A stretch of DNA of 30,323 bases. Source: a virus. Its lineage: Duplodnaviria; Caudoviricetes. This document shows positions 1-7,791 of the stretch, piece by piece (the first letter of the stretch is position 1; each line of letters starts with the position of its first letter). A program made the translations under genes and the position numbers. The notes below the pieces were generated by a model. That model had not been told where the DNA came from and made no database searches. It was given only the letters and a program-made list of their open reading frames with translations. Location: the IMG/VR virus record IMGVR_UViG_3300029183_000025, positions 1 to 30,323 of that record. One strand, 5' to 3'.

Positions 1-17
1 GTTTCCCAGTCACGATC
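1..17 (+). other. Random-amplification (Round A/B, SISPA) primer remnant GTTTCCCAGTCACGATC; technical artefact
   Basis: Exact primer-B sequence at position 1, with its exact reverse complement at 30307-30323. Confidence 0.93.
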
Positions 18-43
18 AAGCCGAAAAATATCTGAAGTTTTTG

Positions 44-71
44 TTGCAAAAGTATTTTATGCGATTATACT
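44..71 (+). promoter_or_regulatory. Phage promoter P1 (class A)
   Basis: TTGCAA 44-49, 16-nt spacer, TATACT 66-71, ATG 9 nt later; 1 of 8 related copies. Confidence 0.85.
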
Positions 72-80
72 GGTGGCGTT

Positions 81-368
81 ATGAGAAACACCGCTACTAC
101 CTGCACCGAACCCAACACCAACTTTACTGTGATTCCCTGGAAGGTCTGGGTTCACACTTCTGGCCAAACCGCCAGCGTCTACGGCGCTGTTCCTTACCAC
201 AACGAGGAACAGGCCAAGGAGTGGAAGATGGAGCAGCGCGGGTATACCGCCCAGTGGGAGGACGGGACTGTCGGGCTCGGTCATCACGGCTCCTGCCAGA
301 CCGAGGATGAGGTGACCGAGATCGCTTCCAAGTTCTTCCCCAGCTTCAAGGGGTATTCCCGCCGCTAG
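81..368 (+). CDS. Hypothetical protein (probable early gene)
   Basis: 95-aa ORF starting 9 nt after the P1 -10 box. Confidence 0.8.
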   Translation: MRNTATTCTEPNTNFTVIPWKVWVHTSGQTASVYGAVPYHNEEQAKEWKMEQRGYTAQWEDGTVGLGHHGSCQTEDEVTEIASKFFPSFKGYSRR

Positions 369-408
369 GTTCACTCTCAATTTTTTTCGGATTCTTTCAT
401 CTTTTTTG

Positions 409-436
409 TTGCGAAAGTCTTTTTATCGGTTACACT
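409..436 (+). promoter_or_regulatory. Phage promoter P2 (class A)
   Basis: TTGCGA 409-414, 16 nt, TACACT 431-436, ATG 9 nt later. Confidence 0.85.
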
Positions 437-445
437 GTCCTCGTT

Positions 446-649
446 ATGAGAAACACTGATACACTTCCCGCCGTCCTCACCGCTCTCCGCACCCTCGCCA
501 AGGACGACCCCGCCCTCGCTGAGAAAATCTCTGACGGCCTGATGGACGTCGGGATGAGCGCGGAGATGGAAATGGAGGAGGGAGAGAACCTTCGCGCCAA
601 CCGCCTCCGCCGCAAGGGAGCCAATCTTCTGATCGACATCTTTTCTTAG
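446..649 (+). CDS. Hypothetical protein
   Basis: 67-aa ORF after P2; same GTTATGAGAAACAC start context as the gene at 81. Confidence 0.8.
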   Translation: MRNTDTLPAVLTALRTLAKDDPALAEKISDGLMDVGMSAEMEMEEGENLRANRLRRKGANLLIDIFS

Positions 650-653
650 AACC

Positions 654-875
654 GTGAGAACCACTAGTCCCGTCACCGATCCAGAGGAGATCCGCCGCAG
701 AATCCGCGCTTACATGGAGGAGAAGCCCGGGAGCGTTCCTAACCCCAAGACCATAGGGACGGACCCCGACGCCGACAGAGACGTGTGGAAGAAGATGCTC
801 GCCTCGGGAGAGGTGGTCCGCAGGAAGGTCCGGAGCAAAAAGGGCAGGATGGTCACCCACTTTTTTCTTTCCTAG
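654..875 (+). CDS. Small basic hypothetical protein
   Basis: 73-aa GTG-start ORF filling the gap between the previous stop and P3. Confidence 0.7.
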   Translation: MRTTSPVTDPEEIRRRIRAYMEEKPGSVPNPKTIGTDPDADRDVWKKMLASGEVVRRKVRSKKGRMVTHFFLS

Positions 876-892
876 AAAGTTGATCTTTTTTG

Positions 893-920
893 TTGCAAAA
901 GTCTTTTTATCGATTACTCT
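893..920 (+). promoter_or_regulatory. Phage promoter P3 (class A)
   Basis: TTGCAA 893-898, 16 nt, TACTCT 915-920, ATG 9 nt later. Confidence 0.85.
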
Positions 921-929
921 ACCCGTGTT

Positions 930-1121
930 ATGAGAACTTTCGATGTAATCCGCGCCCCGGACCACAACCTCACCATCATTGAGAAGCGGGACGGAGAGGA
1001 GATCTACAAGATGGACGACGCCGGGTTCAACGCTTGGCTGGACCACACCCGCTCCAACGGCCACAAGGTCAACGTGACCTTCGCCTTTGAGGGGTCAGAG
1101 TTCCTTGTGGGCCGAGTTTGA
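930..1121 (+). CDS. Hypothetical protein
   Basis: 63-aa ORF after P3; its TGA stop lies inside palindrome copy 1. Confidence 0.8.
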   Translation: MRTFDVIRAPDHNLTIIEKRDGEEIYKMDDAGFNAWLDHTRSNGHKVNVTFAFEGSEFLVGRV

Positions 1122-1133
1122 AGAGTCTTCAAA
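1117..1133. repeat. Dispersed 17-bp palindrome, copy 1 (TTTGAAGAGTCTTCAAA)
   Basis: Read directly; 8 copies in the window. Confidence 0.95.
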
Positions 1134-1137
1134 ATTC

Positions 1138-1410
1138 ATGAGCCTATACGACGAGACGCGCAAATACAGAATCCGGGAGGCGCTGTGCGGGGGGTTGATC
1201 CTCTTCGCCATAGTCGGCGGTGCCGTGAAGACCTACTACGGTGGGTGGGGCGGTGGCTTCCAACTACTAGGGGGAATCCTCTGCGCCCTCGCCGCGTGGT
1301 CCTCTTTCTCCAAGACCCATCTCAAGTGGGTGGAGTATTACAACGCGCAGGGAGACTACGACGAAGAAGATGACCCAGACGACCCCACCGACCCAGACCA
1401 GCCCGCCTGA
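1138..1410 (+). CDS. Small membrane protein (2 hydrophobic segments, acidic tail)
   Basis: ATG 1138; ALCGGLILFAIVGGAV and FQLLGGILCALAAW segments. Confidence 0.75.
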   Translation: MSLYDETRKYRIREALCGGLILFAIVGGAVKTYYGGWGGGFQLLGGILCALAAWSSFSKTHLKWVEYYNAQGDYDEEDDPDDPTDPDQPA

Positions 1411-1915
1411 CCCAGATCCAGACTTTAGCCGCGTAGTGGTGGACCAGCCCATCTACCGCTTCCGGAATATGAAGATGTGTCATATGATGAGCAAAGATCT
1501 GGAGGCGCTTCACGCCATGGCGCGGAGGATAGGACTCAAGCCGGAATGGTTCCAGAATAAGCCCGGTGGCACCCCACACTACGACGTAGCCATGAGCAAG
1601 CGCGCTTTGGCTATTACCTACGGCGCGGTGGTAGTAGGACGCCGGGAGATCCACGAAATCATCAAGCACTTCAAGCCACCCCCTTCTCCGGCCAAGCTGC
1701 GGAGGATGGCCAAGAACCGAGAGCGGAGGAGGAGACAGAAGATGGAGAAGCGTAGACGGGAGGCGCAGGAACGTCTCCGGATCTCCAAGTGCTGCGTGGG
1801 AAACGTAGTCCCGTGGGATTGCCACTGCACATTCGGTCCTCCGTCTTGTAGCTCCTGCCACCTGAAGTGGGAGTGCGAAAAGTGTGGGGCGCTCTTTGAA
1901 GAGAAACCGGAATGA
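1370..1915 (+). CDS. DUF4031-family protein with C-terminal Cys-rich (Zn-finger-like) extension
   Basis: VVVD...MCHMMS...LHAMARRIGLKPEWFQ...HYDV...KRALAI.YGA pattern; CC, CHC, CSSC, CEKC at the C-terminus. Confidence 0.8.
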   Translation: MTQTTPPTQTSPPDPDPDFSRVVVDQPIYRFRNMKMCHMMSKDLEALHAMARRIGLKPEWFQNKPGGTPHYDVAMSKRALAITYGAVVVGRREIHEIIKHFKPPPSPAKLRRMAKNRERRRRQKMEKRRREAQERLRISKCCVGNVVPWDCHCTFGPPSCSSCHLKWECEKCGALFEEKPE

Positions 1916-2118
1916 ACATTGGAGTTTACAGAGCGGAGAACTATCCGCGCCGCGTCTACGGTAGGGTGGAGTGGATGACGTCCCCGGGACCTTGGATTCA
2001 CGTCATGGTCGTCGGTCCAAGATTTACTCCGTTGATGCGGAAGTCTCGACTGACCTTGAGCTATCTGGTCTACACCCCTCCCTACCTTCAAGACAGGACG
2101 GAGACATCCCCGGGCTAG
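1912..2118 (+). CDS. Hypothetical protein
   Basis: ATGA overlap with the upstream stop; 68 aa. Confidence 0.6.
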   Translation: MNIGVYRAENYPRRVYGRVEWMTSPGPWIHVMVVGPRFTPLMRKSRLTLSYLVYTPPYLQDRTETSPG

Positions 2119-2193
2119 TTTGGTCAACCCACTAAAAGTTCTTTTGCAATAGAGACTTGACCGCGCCCCGCTTTCGTGGTTGGCTGCGGTCCT

Positions 2194-3180
2194 ATGGCCA
2201 AGAAAAAATCACCACGTAAGAAAGCCCGAGCCAAGAAGAAAGCTGCCATGAAAAAGGCGGCGAAGAAGAAGTCCCCCAGAAAGAAAGGCAAGGCCCACAA
2301 GAGAAGCGCCATGCCAGTGATGCGCGACGACGCGGAGGACTCTCCCCCGGAGCCCGTGGTGAAGGACTTGGCCGAGGTGATGACGCTGCGGGTTGAGCGT
2401 ATGTCGCTCGCCGATATCCAAGACCACCCCCGCAACCAAGAGATCCGCAACCATCCCGAGCCCGATAGTCAGGAGTGGGAAACTCTCCGCGCCTCTTTGG
2501 CCTACGACTACTTCGACCCGCTGGTGGTCAACATCCGCAACGGCCAACTCGTCTCCGGTCACTTGCGGAAGAAGCTCATGCTGGCGGAGGGAGTGAAGGA
2601 AGCGGACGTTGTGGTGAAGGACTACGATGAGCCCACCCACATGGCCCGGATGCTCGCCGCCAACAAGACGGTAGGCGCTCAGATCAATCAGGGCGTGGAG
2701 GCTTGGTTCAAGGAATTTGAAACCGTAGGTGGCGACTTCGACCCCGCAATCGCAGGCTTCACTTTTGATGAACGCGCTGGATTCATGGACGAGGAGCCCG
2801 GTTTCCAGTTCCCCGGCCAAGGAGCGACAGGGGCGACAGGAACGACCGATGGCAACAATGCCCAGAATGATCAGGGAGCGGACGGAGATAAGGGGAGCAG
2901 CGGAGGGAATGACCCGACCAACTCTTCTATCCGCTACACTCAACTCATCTACACCCTCGCCCAGCACGAGGAGTTCATCGGGCTCGTGGATCAGGTAAAG
3001 GCCAACTACGGTCAACAGATCACAGAAGCGCACGGTGAGGATACGCTCCCCGCCGTCGTCCTTTGGTGCGTAGGCCAACTGGCCGCTGCCGGGGATGAGG
3101 AGGAGACGGAGAGCGCGGAGGAGATCACCTCTGGCGATCTTGGCGACAGCGCCGACAGTTACGACAGTGCCCACGGATGA
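2194..3180 (+). CDS. ParB/Srx-like N-terminal domain protein with histone-H1-like basic N-terminus
   Basis: ATG 2194; HPRN..R.H, LRASL...DPLVVN..NGQLVSGHLR motif; K/A-rich start with two KKSPRKK. Confidence 0.85.
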   Translation: MAKKKSPRKKARAKKKAAMKKAAKKKSPRKKGKAHKRSAMPVMRDDAEDSPPEPVVKDLAEVMTLRVERMSLADIQDHPRNQEIRNHPEPDSQEWETLRASLAYDYFDPLVVNIRNGQLVSGHLRKKLMLAEGVKEADVVVKDYDEPTHMARMLAANKTVGAQINQGVEAWFKEFETVGGDFDPAIAGFTFDERAGFMDEEPGFQFPGQGATGATGTTDGNNAQNDQGADGDKGSSGGNDPTNSSIRYTQLIYTLAQHEEFIGLVDQVKANYGQQITEAHGEDTLPAVVLWCVGQLAAAGDEEETESAEEITSGDLGDSADSYDSAHG

Positions 3181-3235
3181 CCCCCGGTGGTCACCCCTAA
3201 AGATCTTCAAAGATCTTGGAAAATCCTAGAGAACC

Positions 3236-4240
3236 ATGATGGACCTTGACAGCATCCGTGCCCTCCCCGCCGAGCGGGTAGAGGTTTCCAAACTACTCAC
3301 CGCCGACCAGACGGTTGAGCGGGAGGGGAAGTTCTTGGAGCGTTCCCAGATCCCCACCATCATCAAGGGGGAGAACGTTGACGTGTTCTGTAAGGAGACC
3401 GGCAAGTGCCTCCTGAAGCTACGCACCAACGTCACTCCTCCGGACGTTGTAGTGGCTGGATACAACGCGCTCCATGAGGCGGGAGAAAGGACCAGCTACA
3501 ACCGTGGCATGGCGGCGGGGGAACACTCAGATGAAGTCCTGATGAAGGAGAACGCCAACGGGCGAGGAATCGTCCGCCTTTCCGGATACCGCTACAAGCG
3601 GATATTGGCTGACGGAACGGTGAGCGGGACATCCTATGCGAAGGAAACGAACGGATCGATTGTCGGCTATTTCGGGAGTGACCCGCGCTTTCCCTACTGC
3701 CGCCTGACCGCCTACACGCAGGAGAACTTCCAGAAGTTCCAAGCAGCGTTCCCCATGATCCGGAGCGTGGATGACGTCTATCAGGCGCTCATGCCTGAAC
3801 CCTACCAGAAGCAAAGAGCGGTGGTGGACGCGTCTTCCTCGGACTTCGTGGTGGAGGGCACTGCGTTCTCTACCGTTACCGTGAACAAGAATTTCCGCAC
3901 CGCCTGCCACTACGACCAAGGCGACTTTCGTGAAGGGTTCGGAAACCTCGCCGTGGTGCGCCGGGGACGGTTTGAAGGGAGCGAGACGTGCTTCCCCCAA
4001 TACGGAATCGGCGTGGATGTTCAAACCTGTGACGTGCTTCTGATGGACGTCCACCAGCTCCACGGAAACCTCCCTTTCAAGCCGCTGGAACCCAAGGCCA
4101 CCCGCCTCGCCTTGGTGATGTATTTCCGCGAAGATATCCAAGAGTGCGGAACCCAAGAAGAGGAGCTGAAGAAAGCCCGAGATGTCAACGAAACCAGAGC
4201 AAGACGCCCCGGAAGTAACCGCGCTAGTAACCGCAAGTGA
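3236..4240 (+). CDS. TET/JBP-family 2OG-Fe(II) DNA-base dioxygenase
   Basis: FSTVTVNKNFRTACHYDQGD (HxD), distal His in HQLHGN, 2OG-binding Arg in RLALVMYFRE. Confidence 0.9.
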   Translation: MMDLDSIRALPAERVEVSKLLTADQTVEREGKFLERSQIPTIIKGENVDVFCKETGKCLLKLRTNVTPPDVVVAGYNALHEAGERTSYNRGMAAGEHSDEVLMKENANGRGIVRLSGYRYKRILADGTVSGTSYAKETNGSIVGYFGSDPRFPYCRLTAYTQENFQKFQAAFPMIRSVDDVYQALMPEPYQKQRAVVDASSSDFVVEGTAFSTVTVNKNFRTACHYDQGDFREGFGNLAVVRRGRFEGSETCFPQYGIGVDVQTCDVLLMDVHQLHGNLPFKPLEPKATRLALVMYFREDIQECGTQEEELKKARDVNETRARRPGSNRASNRK

Positions 4241-4628
4241 GCCCATCCGCAGCGCGGAGGAGTATGACCGCGATTGGATTGAGGCGCTGTGGAAGAAGTG
4301 CGGGGTGTTCGGGAATTTCCATTGGCCTTGGTCTGCCTACATGGACAAGTGGAAGGGGCAGTGGCGCGTAGTCCCGGGCGGAGGATTTGCGCGGTGGCGA
4401 CACTACAAGGGAAAGACGACGCTCTACGATATCGCAGTTGACCCGTCCTGTCGCAGAATGGGGATAGCTTCCCGCCTGATTGAAGAGATGCCTGCCCCCA
4501 TCGTCCTCAAGACGGACGCGGACAACACCGCCGCTCAAGCGTTCTATGAGCGCCTTGGTTTCAGGTGTATGGGAACCACCAAGACCAAGAAGGGCAAAGA
4601 ACAAATCGAATACGCAAAACTGTCATGA
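4182..4628 (+). CDS. GNAT-family acetyltransferase
   Basis: LYDIAVDPSCRRMGIASRL (motif A) and NTAAQAFYERLGF (motif B); exact start uncertain. Confidence 0.9.
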   Translation: MSTKPEQDAPEVTALVTASEPIRSAEEYDRDWIEALWKKCGVFGNFHWPWSAYMDKWKGQWRVVPGGGFARWRHYKGKTTLYDIAVDPSCRRMGIASRLIEEMPAPIVLKTDADNTAAQAFYERLGFRCMGTTKTKKGKEQIEYAKLS

Positions 4629-5086
4629 GAATCCTTATTGTAGGGCTGGGTGATAACCACCGCGTGCCTCTGGCCTATGCCGCCATGAAGCGCACCCGCC
4701 CCAACGCCGAGATCCTTCACGCCTCCCTCCTCTCCTACCAAGCCGCAGACTGGAAGCCGGGACCCCCGGGCAAGAAGATCCGCCAGACCGCCAACAACCT
4801 CCACCTTGATCTCCGCGACTACCAGTCAGGGAGGCTCACCGCCGCCAAAATCAACATGGCCGACGCAATTGTCTTCATGGACGCCGGAAACCGGAAGCGC
4901 GTGGAGACAATCCTTGCCAAGTTCCCTGAGTGGGAGGGGAAGCTGATTGCGCTGGGACCGTTCGCCCAGCCGCCCGCTCGCCGCATCGCCGCGCTACAGC
5001 CTCTCAAGCAAGCCAGCGCCCTTTACCGCCAAGTGGTGCGTCAGGTAGTCTCCGCCGCCGAACAATTCGCCACCTCCCACCTTTAG
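4625..5086 (+). CDS. Low-molecular-weight phosphatase/ArsC-fold protein with degenerate active site
   Basis: ATGA overlap; MRILIVGLGDNHRVP aligns to the C-x5-R loop but lacks the Cys; ADAIVFMD..N motif retained. Confidence 0.7.
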   Translation: MRILIVGLGDNHRVPLAYAAMKRTRPNAEILHASLLSYQAADWKPGPPGKKIRQTANNLHLDLRDYQSGRLTAAKINMADAIVFMDAGNRKRVETILAKFPEWEGKLIALGPFAQPPARRIAALQPLKQASALYRQVVRQVVSAAEQFATSHL

Positions 5087-5090
5087 AGCC

Positions 5091-5735
5091 ATGTGCGCGA
5101 TCATCGGTTATAGCGGACCCGGGGACAGTGGTGAAGATTTGAAGTGTCTTCAAAACCTGATTCGTGAATCCCGCATCCGTGGCGTCCACTCCTTCGGTAT
5201 GGCGTGGGTGAATGACGCGGGGGAGGTTGAGACCTTCAAGGCCCACACCGAGGAAGATCTGGTGGCCCATCTACTGAAGACGTGGCCCGCCACCGGTCAG
5301 TTCCTATTCCACCTCCGCTATTCAACGAGCGGCGACTGGAAGGACCACAAGAACAACCAGCCCATCCTCCGCCACGGGATAGCCATGTGCTTCAACGGGA
5401 CCCTCCACATGGGAACCAAGAGGGAGATGGAAGCGGAGTATCACGTCAGCCTTGAGACGGAGAACGATTGTGAGCTGGCGCTGCTGGCGCTCCACGGGAA
5501 GAAGCTGAAAACGTTCGTCGAGGAAACGCAGGGCACGTTCGCCGGGGGGTGGCTTACAAAGGACGGGCTGGGGTTCATGCGTAACCTCAAGCGCCCTCTT
5601 TGGTCTGGCCAGTGCAATGACGGGATCTTCGTTGCCTCGACTCGGGATATCTTCGGTCGCGCTTTCAAAAGACGGAAGCTGCGTGGGCTGGGCGAGATCC
5701 CCGCCTACTACAAGATGGAGATCCCTGCTGTATGA
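5091..5735 (+). CDS. Class II (Ntn-hydrolase) glutamine amidotransferase, stand-alone domain
   Basis: N-terminal MCAIIG (Cys2 nucleophile), RG.HSFG, HLRYSTSG, NNQP, FNG, ENDCE. Confidence 0.9.
   Translation: MCAIIGYSGPGDSGEDLKCLQNLIRESRIRGVHSFGMAWVNDAGEVETFKAHTEEDLVAHLLKTWPATGQFLFHLRYSTSGDWKDHKNNQPILRHGIAMCFNGTLHMGTKREMEAEYHVSLETENDCELALLALHGKKLKTFVEETQGTFAGGWLTKDGLGFMRNLKRPLWSGQCNDGIFVASTRDIFGRAFKRRKLRGLGEIPAYYKMEIPAV
5138..5154. repeat. 17-bp palindrome, copy 2 (TTTGAAGTGTCTTCAAA), intragenic
   Basis: Read directly; lies within the amidotransferase CDS. Confidence 0.95.
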
Positions 5736-6664
5736 GGCAGGTGAATCAACAGCGCGTTGAGGAATTCCTCCGCTACCATTCGGACTCAAGTCACGCGCTG
5801 GATATTGATCCCGCCAACGACTGCCTCCGCTACATCTGTGATCGCTACGAGCTGAACCCGGAACAGCGCAGTTGGTTGGCGTTTCTCTACGCCACCTGCT
5901 ATTCGCCCACCACCGCGTTCTTCATGTATAATGAGTTCCCGGACTACGAAACGATCGATGACGGGAGACTCCAGAGATGGTGGGACGCTAACCGGGAGAA
6001 GGTGATTTTCCAAACAGACCGCCGCTGGACTCGTTCCCGCAACCAATGGGTGGACTGCGTGCGGAGTTATCGGGAGCACATCCAGAACGCGGGGTGGATA
6101 CAAGGGCTCGCCTTTGCCAAGGTAGGGGATGAAACCGCAACCCAGCTCCACAACCGCATGTGGGACTACTTCAAGAACGTCTTCACTTTCGGACGCTTCA
6201 CCATGTTCCTCTACTTGGAGATGGTGAACACGCTCACCTCCCACGACCTTGCTCCCACTACCCTCAACATGCGGGAGGCGGAGAGCTGCCGGAATGGGGT
6301 GGCCTACGCGCTGGGATTTGATTCCCTGCTCACCAAGGACGACAAGCGCAGAGACAACGGCCAGCGCCTCTCCAAACCGGAGATGAATGGACTCCAGCAA
6401 TCCTTCGACTATCTCCGGGATAGAGTCTATGACGACGCCAACGGAGGACTGGAGCAGCACGACAACGTCTGGTCCATAGAGACTACGCTGTGCGCCTACC
6501 GCAAATTCAAGGAGGGGAAGCGGTGGGTCGGCTACTACATCGAACGCGCCCGTCGTGAACTTGTCCAGATGGAGCAGAACGTCCAAGATGGAGTAGAGTG
6601 GGACGTGCTCTGGCAGTTCCGCCGCGAAACCTATGATCCAACTTACCTGAAAGAACTATCATGA
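5732..6664 (+). CDS. Amino acid:DNA transferase (aGPT-pyrophosphorylase clade 2, HhH-glycosylase-like fold)
   Basis: DIDP, WLAFLY, FQTDRR, FGRF..F.YLE, ETTLCAYRK, R..GYY motifs; adjacent to a P-loop kinase. Confidence 0.8.
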   Translation: MRQVNQQRVEEFLRYHSDSSHALDIDPANDCLRYICDRYELNPEQRSWLAFLYATCYSPTTAFFMYNEFPDYETIDDGRLQRWWDANREKVIFQTDRRWTRSRNQWVDCVRSYREHIQNAGWIQGLAFAKVGDETATQLHNRMWDYFKNVFTFGRFTMFLYLEMVNTLTSHDLAPTTLNMREAESCRNGVAYALGFDSLLTKDDKRRDNGQRLSKPEMNGLQQSFDYLRDRVYDDANGGLEQHDNVWSIETTLCAYRKFKEGKRWVGYYIERARRELVQMEQNVQDGVEWDVLWQFRRETYDPTYLKELS

Positions 6665-7194
6665 ACCTGATTGCAATTTGCGGCGAGCCCGCAGTAGGAA
6701 AGACCACCTTGTTGAGACGCTTCCGTGAAGAAGCGGCGGAGAGGCTGGGGGAGTTTGAACCGTTCCAATTCGGACTGGTGCGGGGCATTGTTGACAAGGA
6801 CCGTTCACTCTGGATCACCGGAGTCTATGACGGGTCCGTGTTCGAGGGAGGGGACAAGCTATCCATGGCGGTCCAGCCCGTATTCATCAAGATGCTTCAC
6901 CAGTTGGAAGGGCAGGACTGCGCGGTGATCGTCGAAGGCGACCGCCTCACCAACGCCTCCCTTTTCAGAGAGTTCCCAACCGAGACGGAAGGGATCATCG
7001 TTGAGGTATCCGAAGAGGTGCTGGCGGAACGCCATGCCGGAAGAGGCGCGGAGCAATCAGACAAGTTCCGCCAAGCTAAGCGCACCAAGGTCCAGAACCT
7101 TGAGCAGGAGTTCGGATTCGAGCGCCTTTCCAACAACACCGAAGCCGAGCAGGATGAGATCATTGCTTGGTTGGCCGAGCGGTGTTACGGGTAA
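6661..7194 (+). CDS. P-loop nucleotide kinase, probable hydroxymethyl-pyrimidine DNA kinase
   Basis: Walker A GEPAVGKTT, G.Y...FEGGDKLSMAVQP, IVEGDRL, R..R lid; gene context. Confidence 0.8.
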   Translation: MNLIAICGEPAVGKTTLLRRFREEAAERLGEFEPFQFGLVRGIVDKDRSLWITGVYDGSVFEGGDKLSMAVQPVFIKMLHQLEGQDCAVIVEGDRLTNASLFREFPTETEGIIVEVSEEVLAERHAGRGAEQSDKFRQAKRTKVQNLEQEFGFERLSNNTEAEQDEIIAWLAERCYG

Positions 7195-7196
7195 AA

Positions 7197-7213
7197 TTTG
7201 AAGAGTCTTCAAA
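7197..7213. repeat. 17-bp palindrome, copy 3 (TTTGAAGAGTCTTCAAA)
   Basis: Read directly; between the kinase and terS. Confidence 0.95.
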
Positions 7214-7226
7214 CTTGAGCTAAACT
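7198..7226 (+). promoter_or_regulatory. Candidate terS promoter with its -35 box inside palindrome copy 3
   Basis: TTGAAG 7198-7203, 17 nt, TAAACT 7221-7226, ATG 10 nt later. Confidence 0.45.
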
Positions 7227-7236
7227 GTTCCCCACC

Positions 7237-7791
7237 ATGGCACAAGGAATCCACCAACAGATCAACCCAGCCGCTCCGGTTGCCCTTACCCTAGTGGACG
7301 AGTGCCCGGATACCGGCAACCAACTCTCGCGCCGAATCATCATTCCCCGGGGAAAGCGGAAGCAGGACGTGAGGGCACGCAAGGATATCTTCCTCCAACT
7401 CTTTGTGCGGAATCTGGGCAATATAGCCATCTGCTGCCGGAAGATGGGGATTGACCGCACCGCCTACTACGAGTGGATGAAGACTGACGCCACGTTCCGT
7501 CAACAGATCGCGGAGATTGAAGAGGTGCGGTTGGATTTTGCCGAGCACGCTCTTTGGGCGCGGATGAAAGCCGGGGACACCAAGGCAATCATCTTCTACC
7601 TCAAGACCAAGGGGAAAGAACGCGGGTATGTGGAGAAGCAAGACGAGCTGATTCCTGTGGACCACAACAACGCTACCGTGCGGAGTGCGTTGGACGTTGT
7701 TCTATCTCACCTTACCCCCGAGCAGATGAAGGCAATTACTCAGGAGATCGAACCCGATGGCGGTAGCAGTCAAGAAGAAGGCCACGCGTAA
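7237..7791 (+). CDS. terS: Terminase small subunit (HTH)
   Basis: GNIAICCRKMGIDRTAYYEW HTH, AIIFYLKTKGKERGY motif; overlaps the start of terL. Confidence 0.8.
   Translation: MAQGIHQQINPAAPVALTLVDECPDTGNQLSRRIIIPRGKRKQDVRARKDIFLQLFVRNLGNIAICCRKMGIDRTAYYEWMKTDATFRQQIAEIEEVRLDFAEHALWARMKAGDTKAIIFYLKTKGKERGYVEKQDELIPVDHNNATVRSALDVVLSHLTPEQMKAITQEIEPDGGSSQEEGHA

Noticed and set aside
2194-3180. ParABS plasmid-prophage partition system
   Set aside because: No ParA in the window and no clear HTH after the ParB domain; ParB-like domains commonly accompany phage modification and packaging genes.
3199-3217. AAAGATCTT direct repeat containing a TCTTCAAA half-site upstream of the TET/JBP gene
   Set aside because: The left arm does not match TTTGAAG, so it is not counted as a ninth copy; it could be a weak site.
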